From NCBI GenBank assembly GCA_002189035.1, contig NEEC01000008.1, positions 3,348,001 to 3,412,000 on the forward strand: 64,000 nt of DNA, written 5' to 3'. The translations under genes were made by a program, and so were the position numbers. Below the pieces are notes generated by a model, which had not been told where the DNA came from, did not search any database, and saw nothing but the letters and a program-made list of their open reading frames with translations. Shown here in pieces: positions 1 through 13,672 of this stretch (positions are counted from its first letter, which is position 1; every line of letters begins with the position of its first letter). This DNA comes from Utricularia gibba (taxonomy: Eukaryota > Plantae > Magnoliophyta).

Positions 1-2898
1 CTGAGGACCATTTTACTAACTAATTTTTTTGCAACATGAATTTTTGCATCAAAGAAAATGGTCAAGACTAATATATATAAAAAAAAAAACACATGCAGGA
101 CAAAAACACACAAAATAATTTTTCCAAAAAAAAAAAAGTAAACTCTAGAAGGATAGAAAAATCCAGCAGGTCCATGCATATAAACTACAGTTTTATTAAG
201 GACAGGTCAACTTCTAAATTGCAGGAAGTAAGAGTCAGGTCAGCTTTAAGAATATATTGCTTCTCACGTGTCTGACGAGTTCACATAATTGCAGATAACA
301 ACAATCTTCCCAACCCACAACAAGCCCTTGCACTGGATTTTTTGCTCCTGGGTAACATCTCCAAACACTCTCCACCGCTTTAACCGCATATCGTGCAAGA
401 TTAAACCATGGACTCCAGAAATTGCAAGATATGTTCCATCACTACTTGCAGCAACGTGTAGAACAGGCCAGTTTTGTGAAATGTATGATACCTGTTAGAT
501 TTCAAACATTAAACACAGCATCCCCTGACACACAGGTGATGAGAAAAGATGCAGACTACTGGAAGTACGGTTCTCCACATACTGGAAGAATGAGGTGCAA
601 CATCTTCAGTTCATCTGTACACTCAGACTGTACAATAAGTAATCGATCTTCACCACAGATAATTTGAAGCGAGTATGTCATTCCCGAAACGCCCCCATTG
701 AGGCAGCACTTTCCAAAGGAAAAAGCTATTATTCTTTCTGAACATCCTTGCTCAGCAGCATACAGTCTATACCCATGTTCATCCCAGTGCATCAGTGATG
801 TTCCATCCATCATGGGCTCATACTTAACATCTTGGTTGAATTTAACAACTGGAGAAGAAGCTGAACTCAGACCTATTCGCCGGATAGTAGACATCAATCG
901 GCATCCAGATACAGACCAAACTATAAGCCCTCTCAACTTCCATCCAACGGAAAATGCAGAACTGTCAGGGGTCCAAGCAATACAATTGACGGGGCCAGTG
1001 TCTTCCACAGAGTACCTGGGAAAAAAAGTTGACGAGTGGAGTTCTATAAGAGTGATACAACACATAGATGTTAAAAAACGAACCAACAAAATGACTATTT
1101 TATATGAGGAATTAGCCCTTCAAAAATATTTTCCTCTCTAAGATCATTCAATTTATCAAACTAGAGGTGATCTAACACGCATCAGAACCAGGAGCCAGTT
1201 TTTTCAGTATTTCAAGGATATGCACATGAATTATGCTCTGCATATTCATGCCAAGTTCCAGTTAAGAGAAGCAAAGACCTTACCCCAATCATTCAAAGAA
1301 ACTGAGCGAATAAATGATGCGGAATTCGCAAGGTCATATAGCTCAACAGTTCCCTTCCGGGTACCTACAGCAAGAATTTGCTGTGTCGGAGACACTGATG
1401 TGCATACGGCCTCCTTAGTATCCAGCCTCATTTCGAAAACGATACCATCAGTTTGTCTCAGACCTTTCTTGCTCACAGAGAATATAGTGATTTCACCATC
1501 AGAAAATAGCACCAGTAGCAGCCATAATGCAATTGAAAACTCAAGATGGACAACTGCAGAAGCTTTTTCTTTGAAATGGTTTAAACCATTGGTATCACCG
1601 ATTTGGCTTCTGTTGGAATTCTGACCGCTGCCTGATTGATAGGACAGTTCACTGGCGCCAAGTTTATCATTCAACCTCACTTGAAGAAAAAAAGCACCGC
1701 AGAACTGTGCAGTAATAACTTTCATCATCATGTAGTACACATCAAAGCAATTCAAAATATGGGAAGTCAAGGTGATATCTAGCTACCATTACAAGAAAAA
1801 AATCATACAGTATGCAATGGGCATACCTCACCCTTCCAAGACATATTATATAGTGATCCATCAGAAAGTCCAATCAGCATGTTTTTGTTATCACAGACGA
1901 AGTTGCTCCTGTCAGTTAAGGGAAGGTATCATTTAGAATGAAAAACAAAAATGATTAAGCTGAACAACATTTTTAATAAGAATCATCAACAGACAAATTT
2001 TATTAGAAAAAATTGAGAAAACAAATGAATGTGAACAAAATTCATAGTGTGCATGAAATTAACATGCGAAATAATAAAATGCGCACAAAGTCAGAAACAC
2101 TTACACCGTGAAGTTGCCATTTGAAAAGGGCACTTTCTCGTTGAGAACTAACAATAAATTTGCAAGAAATAAACCTGCTGGTTGCTTCCCAACAGTTCGA
2201 ATATTCTTTTCCGACATTTGAATCTTGAAAATATGGAGGTAGAATTTTGAAGTCTGCATAAACAGAACAACGAAAAATAAGAAACAATCCAAATAGAATA
2301 ACACGAGGCATTTTTCTTCCAATCACTTTTTTTCTATTGATAGGATTATTTAAGTTTGATTAGTATTTTCATCTGGGAAGTGCCATCACCGATATTAGGG
2401 ACCTTGGGTCAACTTATTTTTTTACTCACCTGCAGTGAATCACAGACACTATTTTCCATAATCCAATAGTGTAAAATCAATCCTACTAAATAGAACTGCC
2501 CAATTAGTTTACCCAGCAATTCAACACTTACAAGAACTGCAATGAGCTTGCCGTCCGGACTCCAAATCGCCCGGAAATTCTCCCCCTCTCTGCGAATGGA
2601 CTCTGCATCCCTCTTGTACTTGCCCAATCTCACCCTATGCTGTAAGTCGACATAAAAAACCAGAAACATCAAAATGAATCATCGATTCTCCAATAAACAG
2701 GCAACAACAACAACAATAAAAAAAAACCAGATAGGACGGGAGCTTTCGCACCTGCGACGAAGACCACAGCTCCAGGCTAGTAGGCAGCACTACAAGAAGC
2801 AAGCGATCCACGACTTTCAGATACACGATCTGCTGCGTCGATGGAAGACTCGGCGATTCCATAGGGATCACCTGCGGCCATCCGTACGCCACATACAT
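1..2898 (-). CDS. RIC1: RIC1 homolog (RAB6-GEF complex partner, WD40/beta-propeller N-terminus); multi-exon, 3' part continues beyond window start
   Basis: ATG at 2898 gives MYVAYGWPQVIPME...LELWSSSQ, the conserved plant RIC1 N-terminus. Later exons read HRVRLGKYKRD...WSPDGKLIAVL, TSKFYLHIFKIQ...GKQPAGLFLA, LIGLSDGSLYNMSWKG, LAVGTRKGTVELYDLA...DWG and YSVEDTGPVNCIAWTPDSSAFSVGWKLRGLIVWSVSGCRLMSTIR, with GT-AG boundaries. This is not the ROP-interactive CRIB RIC1. Confidence 0.93.
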
Positions 2899-4588
2899 CT
2901 TCAAAATCGGAGTTGAAAAAAGCACGCTCACACAGCAGATTCGAAGGAGCTACAGATCCACCGGAACTTCGATCACCGGCGGAAAAGAGAGCGAGTACAT
3001 TGCCTCAAAAACCAGAATTCACGATGATCCTGCTGTCGCCGGGATCCACCGCAAAGATCTTCAATCAATCGAACCTTTTTCTACCCGTTGCAATTTTTCT
3101 TGTTCCGATTTCGGCCCACGAGATCATCTAGCCCTTGATTCTTTTGAAGATAGCATCAATCCCCCCATTTATGACCATTTGATTCTATTTTTTTTGAGGG
3201 GATTAATCCCGTACTTTGTACTTAATCATTGCTAATATTTTATTTAGAAATTTATCCCTAGATTAAAAAAAATAGAATATTAAAAATAGTAAAATGAGTG
3301 GAAAGGAAATATCTTAATAATTGGAAATCCTCCATTTATTTCTATTTTTTTGTAATTAAAAATAGTAAAATGAACCATGCTAAAAGCTAAATAAAACCAG
3401 ATATGAAATACAGTTATTTATAGTTAGGGCGGCCTCCAAACGAAATATTTAAAATAATTGAAAATTATAATTATTCAAATTCCCAAATTATAATTTCTGG
3501 TGGGTCCGACAGGTGAGCGGTTGCGCCATGGAATTTTTTATTCTTCAAGTTTTTAAAGTTTGGATTCCCAATTTTTATATTTCCATTCTACTTTAACAAG
3601 CACCAAAAAAAATGGAATCTCTAATGAGTGATTTACAAGTATAATAATTACATGATATATGTGCGAAAAAAAGTAATTATTTCATATAATTTTTTTATCG
3701 TCCATAAAATAAAATAAAATATCTTTTTTCAATTGAATTATGTGTATTTTTCTCTGATCTTGGGGTGTGATGAATATGTAACACTTTAGATAAGTTTGAT
3801 TGTAGTCTATAGTTTCAATATTTATCATATATTAGGAATAAATTAGTATAAAAAATTTAGAATATCAAGCTATCTAGAAGTAATTTTTTATTAGATATTA
3901 ATGAATTTTGCTTTAAAACGATTACAAATTTAAATTATTTTTAAGTTTTTTTCGAAAAATACTGTTATCATTTTATAAACTTAACCATGAACATTCTGAC
4001 CATGGTTAGAGTGCCCCATCATATTTAAAAAACAGGCCCTTGTCCTAGAGTTTACTAACTAACCATGGTTAGCATTGGCTTCGTTCTATAAGCAATCCTC
4101 CCTCACCTTCCGCCGCTTATGCCAATTCCCAAGCACAGGAAATTTCATCTCTCAACTCGACCTTGTGCCCTTTGCATCTATCCCCAAATTGCCCTCCATA
4201 AACACAAACCTCAGTTAACTAACCATGGTTAACCCCAACCTTTGTTGCAATAAAAAGTGGAGCTCCACTTCAGGAACTGTCAAGAATTAGGATCTCTCCA
4301 CTCTTCGGCCGTACTCCATCTCCACTTCAGGAACTGGTGCGTTTCCTTGTTTTCAATAGAGAATTTTCCCTTCTGAACAACCTACTCTTCCTGTAAATTG
4401 CACAAAGTAGATGAGATCCAAACCCCATACGCCAAAAGGTCTAGAGCTCGAGAACTGGTGTAATGGTAACGTCTCTGAATTTTTTTTTAGGCTTGGGTTT
4501 TACAAGAGAGGGGCTTGTACTTTAGAAAATGCCAAAATAGCCCCAACAAGTGGACCTTTTCCCCTTGCTCCCTTCTTCTTCACTGGTT

Positions 4589-4590
<2 letters not shown>

Positions 4591-4618
<28 letters not shown>
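4591..4618 (+). repeat. (GA)14 microsatellite in 5' region of the ELM2/SANT gene
   Basis: Read directly from the sequence. Confidence 0.95.
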
Positions 4619-4624
<6 letters not shown>

Positions 4625-4802
4625 CGGGGCAAATATTTCCCGACGTCTGTATGTTGGTTGTATGCGTACTTCGTTGAAAGCCCTTTGGTTTTGTCCATAT
4701 CGCAGGTTCTGTTCTCTGAAGCTGGTTCAATGTGCTTTTGTGTCTTCCTAACACCAAGATTTGTGGTCGGATATCTGAATTCGTATGGTGATTTTTGCGG
4801 AG

Positions 4803-6139
4803 ATGCCTGATAGAGTTAAGAAAGAAGAGACATTTGTGGTGGATGTTATGAAAGCTGCATTGGAAACTGGTAACAAAGATCCTTGTTTCCCGGATTCAAA
4901 GAAGGGAAATGGGAACCAGAGAAAGGGAAAACAAGACAAAGTTAATGCGTACCTTCATGAAAGACAGAGTCTTGTTAAGGTTGTTGTGAGTGATGATTTG
5001 AAGATGGATGAGGACCCCGTTGGTAAAAAGAGGAGGAGACAATGCTTTTTGTCTACTCTGTACTGGATCCGTAACCTTGCCAAGAAGCCATTCGATCTGG
5101 GCACTGGGCCATTGCCGGAAACAAGCAAATGGAAGTACTGTAACAGTGATCTCCCATGGAAACAAGTTCTTTCAATTCGTGAGTGTTTGGGGAAGAAGGT
5201 TGATCCTCCACAACCTTCTGCACTGCAGGTCAGCATCCTTGACCCTCATTTGAGCTGTGTTCAATTGTTTCACTTGTTGAATGCCTCTCTGAGGGAATGG
5301 TTTGTCCTTCGCAGAAGAAGCCAAGGATGCATCCATGTATGTACGAGGACAATCCCTGCAGCAATGATAGAGTTCGGTGCAGCCAAAGAGTCCTTGCTTC
5401 CAAGGATTCTTTTCACAAGGGAAAGGATCATAGTCCCAGGCCATCTTCCTCTGGTAGTTTTGATTATGAGATCTCTGAAGAGAAACAACTTGGTGATTCT
5501 TGGCTTCTGAATAATCGAACGAAACGGCCTCGCATCGGCCCACTTTTTCAAGCTAGTCTGCGTGGTTCTTGTGGAGGAGAGTATGTGAGTGATCCCAAAT
5601 GGCTCGGCACTAGAGTCTGGCCTCTGGAGAAGACAGAAAACAAGAGGTTCATAATAGAAATTGAGCCAATTGGAATAGGTAGACCAGAGCACTGTGGTTG
5701 TGAGTGTCCAGGCGATCCACATTGTGTGAGATTTCATATTACAGAGAAACGGATCAAGAAAACACTTGAGCTCCGATCAGCCTTCTACTCCTGGAAACTT
5801 GACTACATGGGTGAAAATGTAGCACTCTCTTGGACAAGGGAGGATCAGAAGAAATTCCATGACACGGTTGAGATGAACCGTTTATCATCAGACAAGTACT
5901 TCTGGGATGAGCTTTTCAAGTGCTTTCCCGGGAAGGGCCGAGAAGCCCTGGTGAGCTACTACTTCAATGTGTTTCTTCTCAGGCGGAGAAGCGAGCAGAA
6001 TAGGAGCGGGACAAGCGATATTTACAGTGACGACGAAGAGTCAGAACTTGGGCCCATCGGGAATAGGTTCGGGCAAAGCGCGGCCAACTCCATTTTTTGT
6101 TCCCCGAAGAAGACGCCTACGCATCCCAACAACAGGTAG
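4803..6139 (+). CDS. ELM2/SANT-domain chromatin protein, ARID1/ARID2 clade but with no recognisable ARID domain; 2 exons (4803-5228, 5315-6139)
   Basis: Contains KKRRRQCFLSTLYWIRNLAKKPFD...LPETSKWK...WKQVLSIRE, ELM2-type RPRIGPLFQA, SDPKWLGTRVWP, IGIGRPEHCGCECPGDPHCVRFHI and SANT-like WTREDQKKFHDTV...FWDELFKCFPGKGREALVSYYFNVFLLRRR. The phase-0 intron GT5229...AG5314 joins the two ORFs in frame. Confidence 0.85.
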
Positions 6140-6563
6140 AGGTCATCTGATCTCTGCGAAGCTGAATGGTGGGTGTACATATTTTGATCACCCAGACCAA
6201 CCCCTGCATATTTTGATGATGATGACGACGACGACGATCAGTGAGTGAACACCTTCTTCAGAGTGTTCATACTTTTTGGCATATTCTTTCCAGTTATGAT
6301 CTTTTAAGAAAACGTTCATGGCGCCGCCGATAGAAGGTGCCGTGAAATTCGATAACCCATCATTCACATCCAAAACTTCATTCTCTTGTTCCGCCGCAGA
6401 AACGTCAAACTCCGGTGCAAAATCTCAGGGCCAGGCTCTTGATCATCCTCCTGACCGCCGCTCATCGCACTTCGCATTCTCCAATGGGTTTCCGTGGAAG
6501 ATGCAGATTCCGGATGAGGCGTGGAGAGAATGGGGGAAATCTGTTGGGCGGATGGTGCAGAAA

Positions 6564-6587
6564 TGGGCCATGGATTGAATAGGCCCA
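6564..6587 (+). promoter_or_regulatory. Site II elements (TGGGCC, GGCCCA) upstream of mitochondrial ferredoxin
   Basis: TGGGCC at 6564-6569 and GGCCCA at 6582-6587. Site II (TCP-bound) motifs are typical of nuclear genes for mitochondrial proteins. Confidence 0.5.
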
Positions 6588-7141
6588 TGGACATGTGAAA
6601 GAGTAAAACCCATTTCATTGCCGAGGCGGTTCCTCTTTCCTGCGCTGAACGTTAGACGGCGTCGTTAGGCCGAATCCGCCAGTGCCGGAGCAGGATCACT
6701 GATTGCTTGATTCCCTCACACTTCTACCTCCAAGGTTTAAGATTTTTCGCTTTTCTTTTTATTTTTCGGCTTTTTGAATATCGTGAAAATCGGGGTTCCA
6801 AGCTAACAGTTTTTTTTTTAATGTTTCGTTGGTGGTTTCGATGATCTTGCATGTGTGGTTTAGCTAAAAGTTTCTTCAGGGTTTGGAATTCAGTTTATAT
6901 TGGAGTAATTACCACAAGGCACCATTTTGAATTGTGAAAATCTGAATCGGTTGTATTATCAGTTTGGCTGATGGTTTCTGGTTTCTCTGTCATTGAGGAT
7001 TCACAGGGTCAAAGATTATGTTATTTTATAGGTTTTTTCAGCTTGGAGCTCATCATTTCAAGACCCTAATCAAAGGTTAGAACCTTAACTTCTTTATGCT
7101 GTTATTGGAGTGAACGCATAATCTGCAGTCTTGCAATCTTT

Positions 7142-8150
7142 ATGGCTGCTGGAAACTTATTTGGCCATCGTCCTTTCATTTTGAAGCCCCGAACTGTAAT
7201 CAGAGAGCTTCTTTCTTCCTCAGCAGTCGTGAGAAGATCGTCTATGACCACATCTCCTGGGGGCGGGTAGGCACTTTTCCTCTTCATAATTTGGTTTACT
7301 CTTGGAATTAATTTTGAATCTAGTCTGTGCTCCTGTACTACACAGACCAGTCAATTGTTTAGCAGCACTGCATCCGAAGTAGACCCCGGAAAGGAAGAAG
7401 TTCACCCTGAAAAGTATGTTTCATCAGCAAGTTTCCTTTTGTCTTGTTAGGTTAACAAGGATGAAACTTTATGATTTTCCTAACTGGAAACTTTGGTAAC
7501 TTTCCTTCATGTTTTTCTCTGTAGAATAAGTGTAACATTTTTTGGCAAAGATGGAGAAGAGACGACCATCAAGGTTCCAATTGGTATGTCAATGTTAGAA
7601 GCTGCCCATGAAAATGACATTGATCTTGAAGGTGAACTTTTCTTCACTTTTCATATTCATTAAGCGCCCATTGATGGTCTTCTCTGAATCTGCTGCCAAT
7701 TCAATACATGATATGTGTGCGATCTTGCAGGAGCTTGTGAAGGGTCCCTAGCTTGCTCCACTTGTCATGTTATTGTGATGGTGGGTTCTTCTTCTTCGTC
7801 GTCTAATATGTTCATTTTAGTTCAGCGATCATGCTGCATCCTGTTTACATGTCATCTTTAATATGTGTTAACAGGATATGAGGCAGTACAATAAGTTGCC
7901 TGATCCAACTGATGAGGAGAATGACATGTTGGATCTGGCATTTGGCCTCACAGAAACGTACGCCTCTCCCACCACTCACAAGCTCTTTTTGTTTTTGTCT
8001 CCAGAACTCAGCTTGTCTTTGTTTTCCTCCCATAGATCTCGCCTGGGTTGTCAAATAATCGCTTCACCAGAACTTGATGGACTCCGTTTAGCACTTCCTG
8101 CTGCCACGCGAAATTTTGCCGTTGATGGGTATAAACCTAAACCTCATTAA
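7142..8150 (+). CDS. MFDX: Mitochondrial [2Fe-2S] ferredoxin (adrenodoxin-like), multi-exon; start codon tentative
   Basis: Exons spell [36 protein letters not shown] / [16 protein letters not shown] / [28 protein letters not shown] / [37 protein letters not shown]. All four Fe-S cysteines are present. The N-terminal R/S-rich transit-peptide-like exon starts at ATG 7142; upstream spliced exons are probably 5' UTR. Confidence 0.93.
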
Positions 8151-8479
8151 CCAACTTTGGCAAGAGTAGAAGATGATGGTGTAACGTGTCTTCCATGAAC
8201 AATGAAGCCTCTTTTTCTATATGAACCTGCCACCCTGACCTCGTTTTGTTTAGAAGTAGCAAAGAGCACATCATGATTGTGAATTTGCGGTTATCAGCAT
8301 ATTGCACCAATTAATTGACTTCTCCCAAAAAAAGAGAGAAGTGATTTATGCAAATGGGATCGTCATTTCGCGTTTGATTTATCTGTACATGGGATCAAAA
8401 GTTGTGTAGAGATTGGCATTTTGTAAGTGAATATCCTAGGCAAATATTTTCATGTAAAAGTGTACAAAAATTAGGCTAC

Positions 8480-11400
8480 CTATTTAGCTGAGGTTTCTTG
8501 GAGCCACTCTTGAATAGCAGACCGAAGCGCATGATTAGGTACCACATTGAAGTGAGGAAGCTGAAGGTTAGTCATAGGTGAAGTATCGTGGCCGCTGTCC
8601 AACCATCCCTTGAGAGCTTCGGACTCGTACGTGAACCCATCGGCTGCTACAATGGGATCTTGCATGACTTCCTGTGCATTTGGTCGCTTCATGTCAAGGT
8701 AAACCAACTTAAGCTACTGACAATGTTAAGGAATATAGCAGCTAACCTGGAATATTGGGCATACAAAGTAGGATGGGATCTGGTCATGTTCCCTTGAACC
8801 AAAGCTAGAAGAGGAGACTCCACATGAAGCATTCATTGATTTTAGAACTGCCTGAACGTCGGAGATAAGGTCTGGTCGATCCCTACGATTTGAGTTAGTG
8901 CAACGGATGCCTAGGTGAGCCAACTGTTCAGCTTGTACAAATGGCCAGTCACCAGCTGATGGATCCAATGTGTCCTTGAGAGTGTTATATTTCAATGCTG
9001 TCTCAACTTCATCGATGACTTCTGCTGCAGGCTTTCCAGTTAGCAGCCTTAGCAATATGATACCAAAGGAGTACACATCGGACCGTGAGGTGAGTTCTCC
9101 TTTATCCACAAGCACCGGATCAACGTATCCCCATGTTCCTTCTGGTTTGTCTGTTTTGAAACATCGTGTTGTTTCATCCTCAGAGGACTTATCTTGAGGA
9201 AGCTCGTGGCTGATACCAAAATCACCAAGCTTGACTGTGTAGTTGACACCAAGGAGAATGTTGGAAGGCTTTATATCACCATGAACAACTCCATTAGGGC
9301 GACAAGAATGCAAGAAAATGAGGACCGAACATAACGCTGTGGATATGCGAACCCGGGATTTCCATGAGAGGGGAGGGGTGTTGTCTTTGCATTTAAGATG
9401 GTCTTCAAGGCTCCCATTTGGTACGTACTCATAAACGAGTGCCAAAGCTTCCGGGCATGCTCCTATTAGTGTCACAATGTTGGGATGCCTCAACTTGCTC
9501 AACAGATTTACCTGACACAAGGGTGTCATTACAAAGAAAAAGGTGAATACACTCGTTCAAGGTGACTGAAAATAAACAGCAGCATCGAGGTGAAATATGA
9601 TTTACATACCTCCTGTTGAAATTCACGGGGCCCTTGAGAGCTGCCCGGCTTTGGCATTTTTATGGCTACTTGGGTATGACGAAGGTTCCCACGGTATACA
9701 CTTCCATAGCCTCCTACACCAATCCTACAGGATGGATGGAAGTTGCTGGTTCCCTCTTTGATTTCTTGTTCGGTGAATCTCAGGAAAAACTCACTCGGTG
9801 ACTGATGCTGTTTCTTCAGCTCCTCAGATTCCTTTAGAGCTTTATCACGCTCGAGCTGCAGCTCATCTCTTTCCTGCTTGTACTTCTGCAACAAGTCAAT
9901 TGCAGAATACATTTTATGCTCCAAGTCATCAATTATGCTCTGGGACTCTGCAATTTGGCGCTCCATGGAGGACTTCAGCTCTTGGGCATGCCTGAGCTCT
10001 TCCGTAACCCCCTCAAGTAGCAATCTTGCCTTCGCAGTGCCTTCCCTACTTCTAGCCAAGGCTTCTTCGGTTTTTTTTCGACATTTTAGCTCCTCATGAT
10101 ACACGGTACGAGCTTCTTTAGCCTAACAATAACATGAAGATTATAACCAAAAGATGCACAAATACATAAGGAGGGCAAACTAAGCAGATAATATTAGATC
10201 GGTACCATGCGAACAGCACCCACAACATCTGTTACAAATTTCTTGTGGTCGATAAATTTATCAGGGTATGCTTCTCTCATAGACGCTTCTGCTTTATCAC
10301 TACATTGTTCGTCATTTAGAGAAAGCTCATTCATTCTGGTTTCCTGAAAAATTTAGCATTGTTATTCAAAGAAAAGCTGCTTATCTAAAGAAAGAAAAAA
10401 TTGATGCAGCCGTAGATGATGCACTCACTAAAGCATTGGGTGTTGCAGGAGAGAAATCTCGATCATTTGGAGTGAATATTCGTGTTCCAGGTCCATTCTC
10501 AGTAGCCTCCGTAACAGCAGGCAATGAAGCTATATTATTTTCAATCATTGGGGTAGGTGAAATGGTAGAAAAATGTGTAACTACTGAGAGGCTCGTCTGA
10601 GGTCTTGGGAATAATGATTTTTGTTCTGGAAATGAGGGGCTTTGTGGAGATAATACCCCCCTAGAATTGTTGGATAATGAAGAAAGAAGTGGCTCAAAAT
10701 TGTTAGAACGGGCACAATTATAACCATTCTCTGAATCTTGTATGTCTACCACACCGTTTACCATGTCTGAAGTTGACAATGATCTGCACATCGGTGCATC
10801 TGGGCCAGACCCCCTATTAGTTCCATTCCTACTTGCTGGCCTGAAGAAGGAAGAGTAGTAGTAAGACAAAGAATGGTCATGGGAAGAGCAAAGAAACAAA
10901 TATGAATACCTTGTACCAATAATGCTTCCCTGGCACACAAACCAAATGTGGCAGAAACAAGGTGCCTTCTGTTCAACATATTTTGCTTTCAAAGACTTGA
11001 GCTCCTTCACCCTTCTGAATTGAATAAGTGGATTGTAGGATGGACGTTTAAGATATTGTAGGAGAAGTGAAGGAACAAATGAAAACATGAATACGAAAAA
11101 AAGGAAGAACCAAGTATACCTCGGATTGTACTTTCTAGCGGCCCCTCCCATAATAAGCCATTTAATACCGTTTTCCTGTATGAGATCCACTATGCCATCT
11201 TCTATAGAAATGTTTTCCTTCCACACATTTTCTACTTTCACCTACACAGCAAGCAACAAAAATAAGAGGAGTAGCACATAATGAAGTTTTAGACAACTAT
11301 ATGCAAGCAGAAAAAGTACCCCCGCTGCTTCACAAATCCGGACATACTTATCCAGGATATCAAGCATATTTCTCCTCTCAGATTCATGATGAGCCCTCAC

Positions 11401-11845
11401 TTGATCCTTTCCTGCAATTTTAGAAAAACTTGCACCCAACCCTGCGAACAGAGAAGCAACATAAGCCCAAATCTTGTGGTTCTGTCATCACAAATCAGAA
11501 ACAAACACATGGCTGAAATAATCATATGTCTGGGAAAATCTGGCGGAACAATATCTGATCCAAGATATATATATGGAAGGCAAAAACTTCTCAAAACAGA
11601 CCCATGGGTATTTTTTCTGGGGGCTGGTGAACATGAAGTATGCATATCTTCCTCTTCGTTTTCTCATGTAGCTTCAAAGCACAGACCAGAACACTCTCGC
11701 CCTCCTTTAGATCTTTCCCCAAAGCAACGAAAACGACGTCGTCCCCCAATCCCGGAGACGGCCCTCCTCCGCTTTCCACCTCCGCTATGTCACTGTAACC
11801 GGAACTGTCGCTTCTAGAACCAACACTCATTGCATCCCTCGCCAT
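8480..11845 (-). CDS. PUB33: U-box domain protein kinase of the PUB33 class (UspA-like N-terminus, coiled coil, Ser/Thr kinase, C-terminal U-box)
   Basis: N-terminus has VFVALGKDLKEGESVL...ICILHVHQP and GIKWLIMGGAA. Kinase motifs are IGVGGYGSVYRG, VAIK, HGDIKPSN, DFG and SDVYSFGIILLRLLTG. U-box reads PSYFVCPIFQEVMQDPIVAADGFTYESEALKGWLDSGHDTSPMTNL. The exact paralog number is uncertain. Confidence 0.9.
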
Positions 11846-13389
11846 TACATGCCCTCTAATATCCCAAATCAATGAATACACCTCCAAAAAGCCAAAAAAC
11901 CCCAAAATTGAACAAAAGAAACCCTCTAAAAACTCAAGTTCGTCTTGAGCCGAAAAACACTACCATGAAATTCACATTTAAAAAGGAAAGATTCAACGGA
12001 GAATATGCTGCTGAAGCAGGAAGATGCGAGGAATCCAAGAACAAGAAACTTCACGAGAAGCTACCAACTAACTATTTTATTTGAACCTGAATAATCCCTA
12101 GTCAACTACTCACCTCCCAAAAGCTCGCGGTGAGATGGGTTTAAAGTCAGATTTCACAAGAAGGGAGCTCAGTAGTTGACTTCAGATTATTGGTCCAAAT
12201 GACGAAGCCGCAGCTCCCCGCGAGATCTCTTTGCTGCATCTTCCGACGTCAACAGCATATTCTTTGTTGAATCTTCATTTCTGCCATTGAAGATTTAAAA
12301 ATACAACTTACGCCCCTTTAATATTATTACTTTCCACGAAGGCAACTTTTCCAAAGCTTGTGCCCCAAGCTTACCAACATTAATAAATGAAAGAAAAAAC
12401 TAAAATTCTTATTCCATTTATAATTAATTTATAAAAAAATATTTTTCCCATCCAAATTTTAGGTTATTTCATTTAAAAATATTTTTTCACGAGTTTGTTT
12501 CTATATTCTCAACTCAATTGAAAATTAGTGTATTTAAGATCAAATTAATTGATTATCAGATCGATCCTTAGTCAATTCCACATAGGCACTAAATAGAAAT
12601 TCCCTGCTTCTACCTTAAACAAAATACATTATTTTCTTATATACATTATACACAATAAAATTATATAAAAAAACAAAATAATCTATTCGAATTTAGAAAA
12701 ATAGAACTAGGATTTGGATCATTTATAATCCATTCTTGTAACATTAAATCAATTGACTTTTGATAATATTTGATCCATTAACATCCCTAAAAGTAAGTAA
12801 AAAAAACCATTCAATAGCTAGGAAAAATAGAGAAAGGCTGGGCGAAGCCCAAAATATATGGGCATGTTGGCTTAGGCCCATTACATCAGCCCATATATTA
12901 AACATGTGAGATAAAGTTATGTTCTATTTTTTTAAAAAAAATAAAAATAATGTTCCAACTTGCAATGTTGATATTTCTTGCTTTACCTAAGCTTGCATTT
13001 CTTGCATCAAATGTTTCATTCATCAAGTTGCCCCGTTTTTCGAATAAAATCAATTGGTTCTATAAAAAACGTAAAAGAGTATTTCAATTCTAAGAAGCAA
13101 TTTTGTTTTATTATAAAAAAAAAAGAATTAAGGAAGACTAAGTAGGATGCGTGAACGTGGTTGGCACTTGCTAGAGAGTGCACGGACAGGTTGGGGTGGG
13201 GACTGGGGACATGGACAAAACCACACCACGAGCACATTAATGAAATCTATACCTAAAATATAGGGGGCATGTGCATGCAGCGGCGGACTTACCAAAATAA
13301 CTATCTCCCATTTCTATTTTAGATAACAAAAAAATAAAATAATTATTTTTTTTCACACCATATATTATAAGGTAAGAAAGTATAGTACA

Positions 13390-13672
13390 TTGGATTCCAT
13401 ATAAAGATCCGTCGACCAGGACACGCGCTATGCATCCCCTGCCATGACTTATAAGAGGGAATCAGCGTTCATGGGAGGGTCGATCCACCCCCTCCCACTT
13501 GTAGTGGGGATTACCTACCAACCGACAATTACCGGTACACCTTTTAATCCTCTACTCGTTTTTTCATCATTCTTGTGTTCTTGATAGGCGTTGTATCGCG
13601 TGGAGAACACATACAATAACCACCAACCTAAATCTAGGGATGTACTGCGCACGAGCCCAATTAATTCAATCA
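13390..13672 (+). mobile_element. Possible degenerate solo-LTR / retroelement remnant
   Basis: A roughly 280-bp GC-richer island in AT-rich DNA with TATAAGAGGGG, short inverted repeats (GGGAGGG..CCCTCCC, CCCACT..AGTGGG) and an end in ...TTCAATCA. No second LTR, PBS or target-site duplication was found. Confidence 0.25.
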
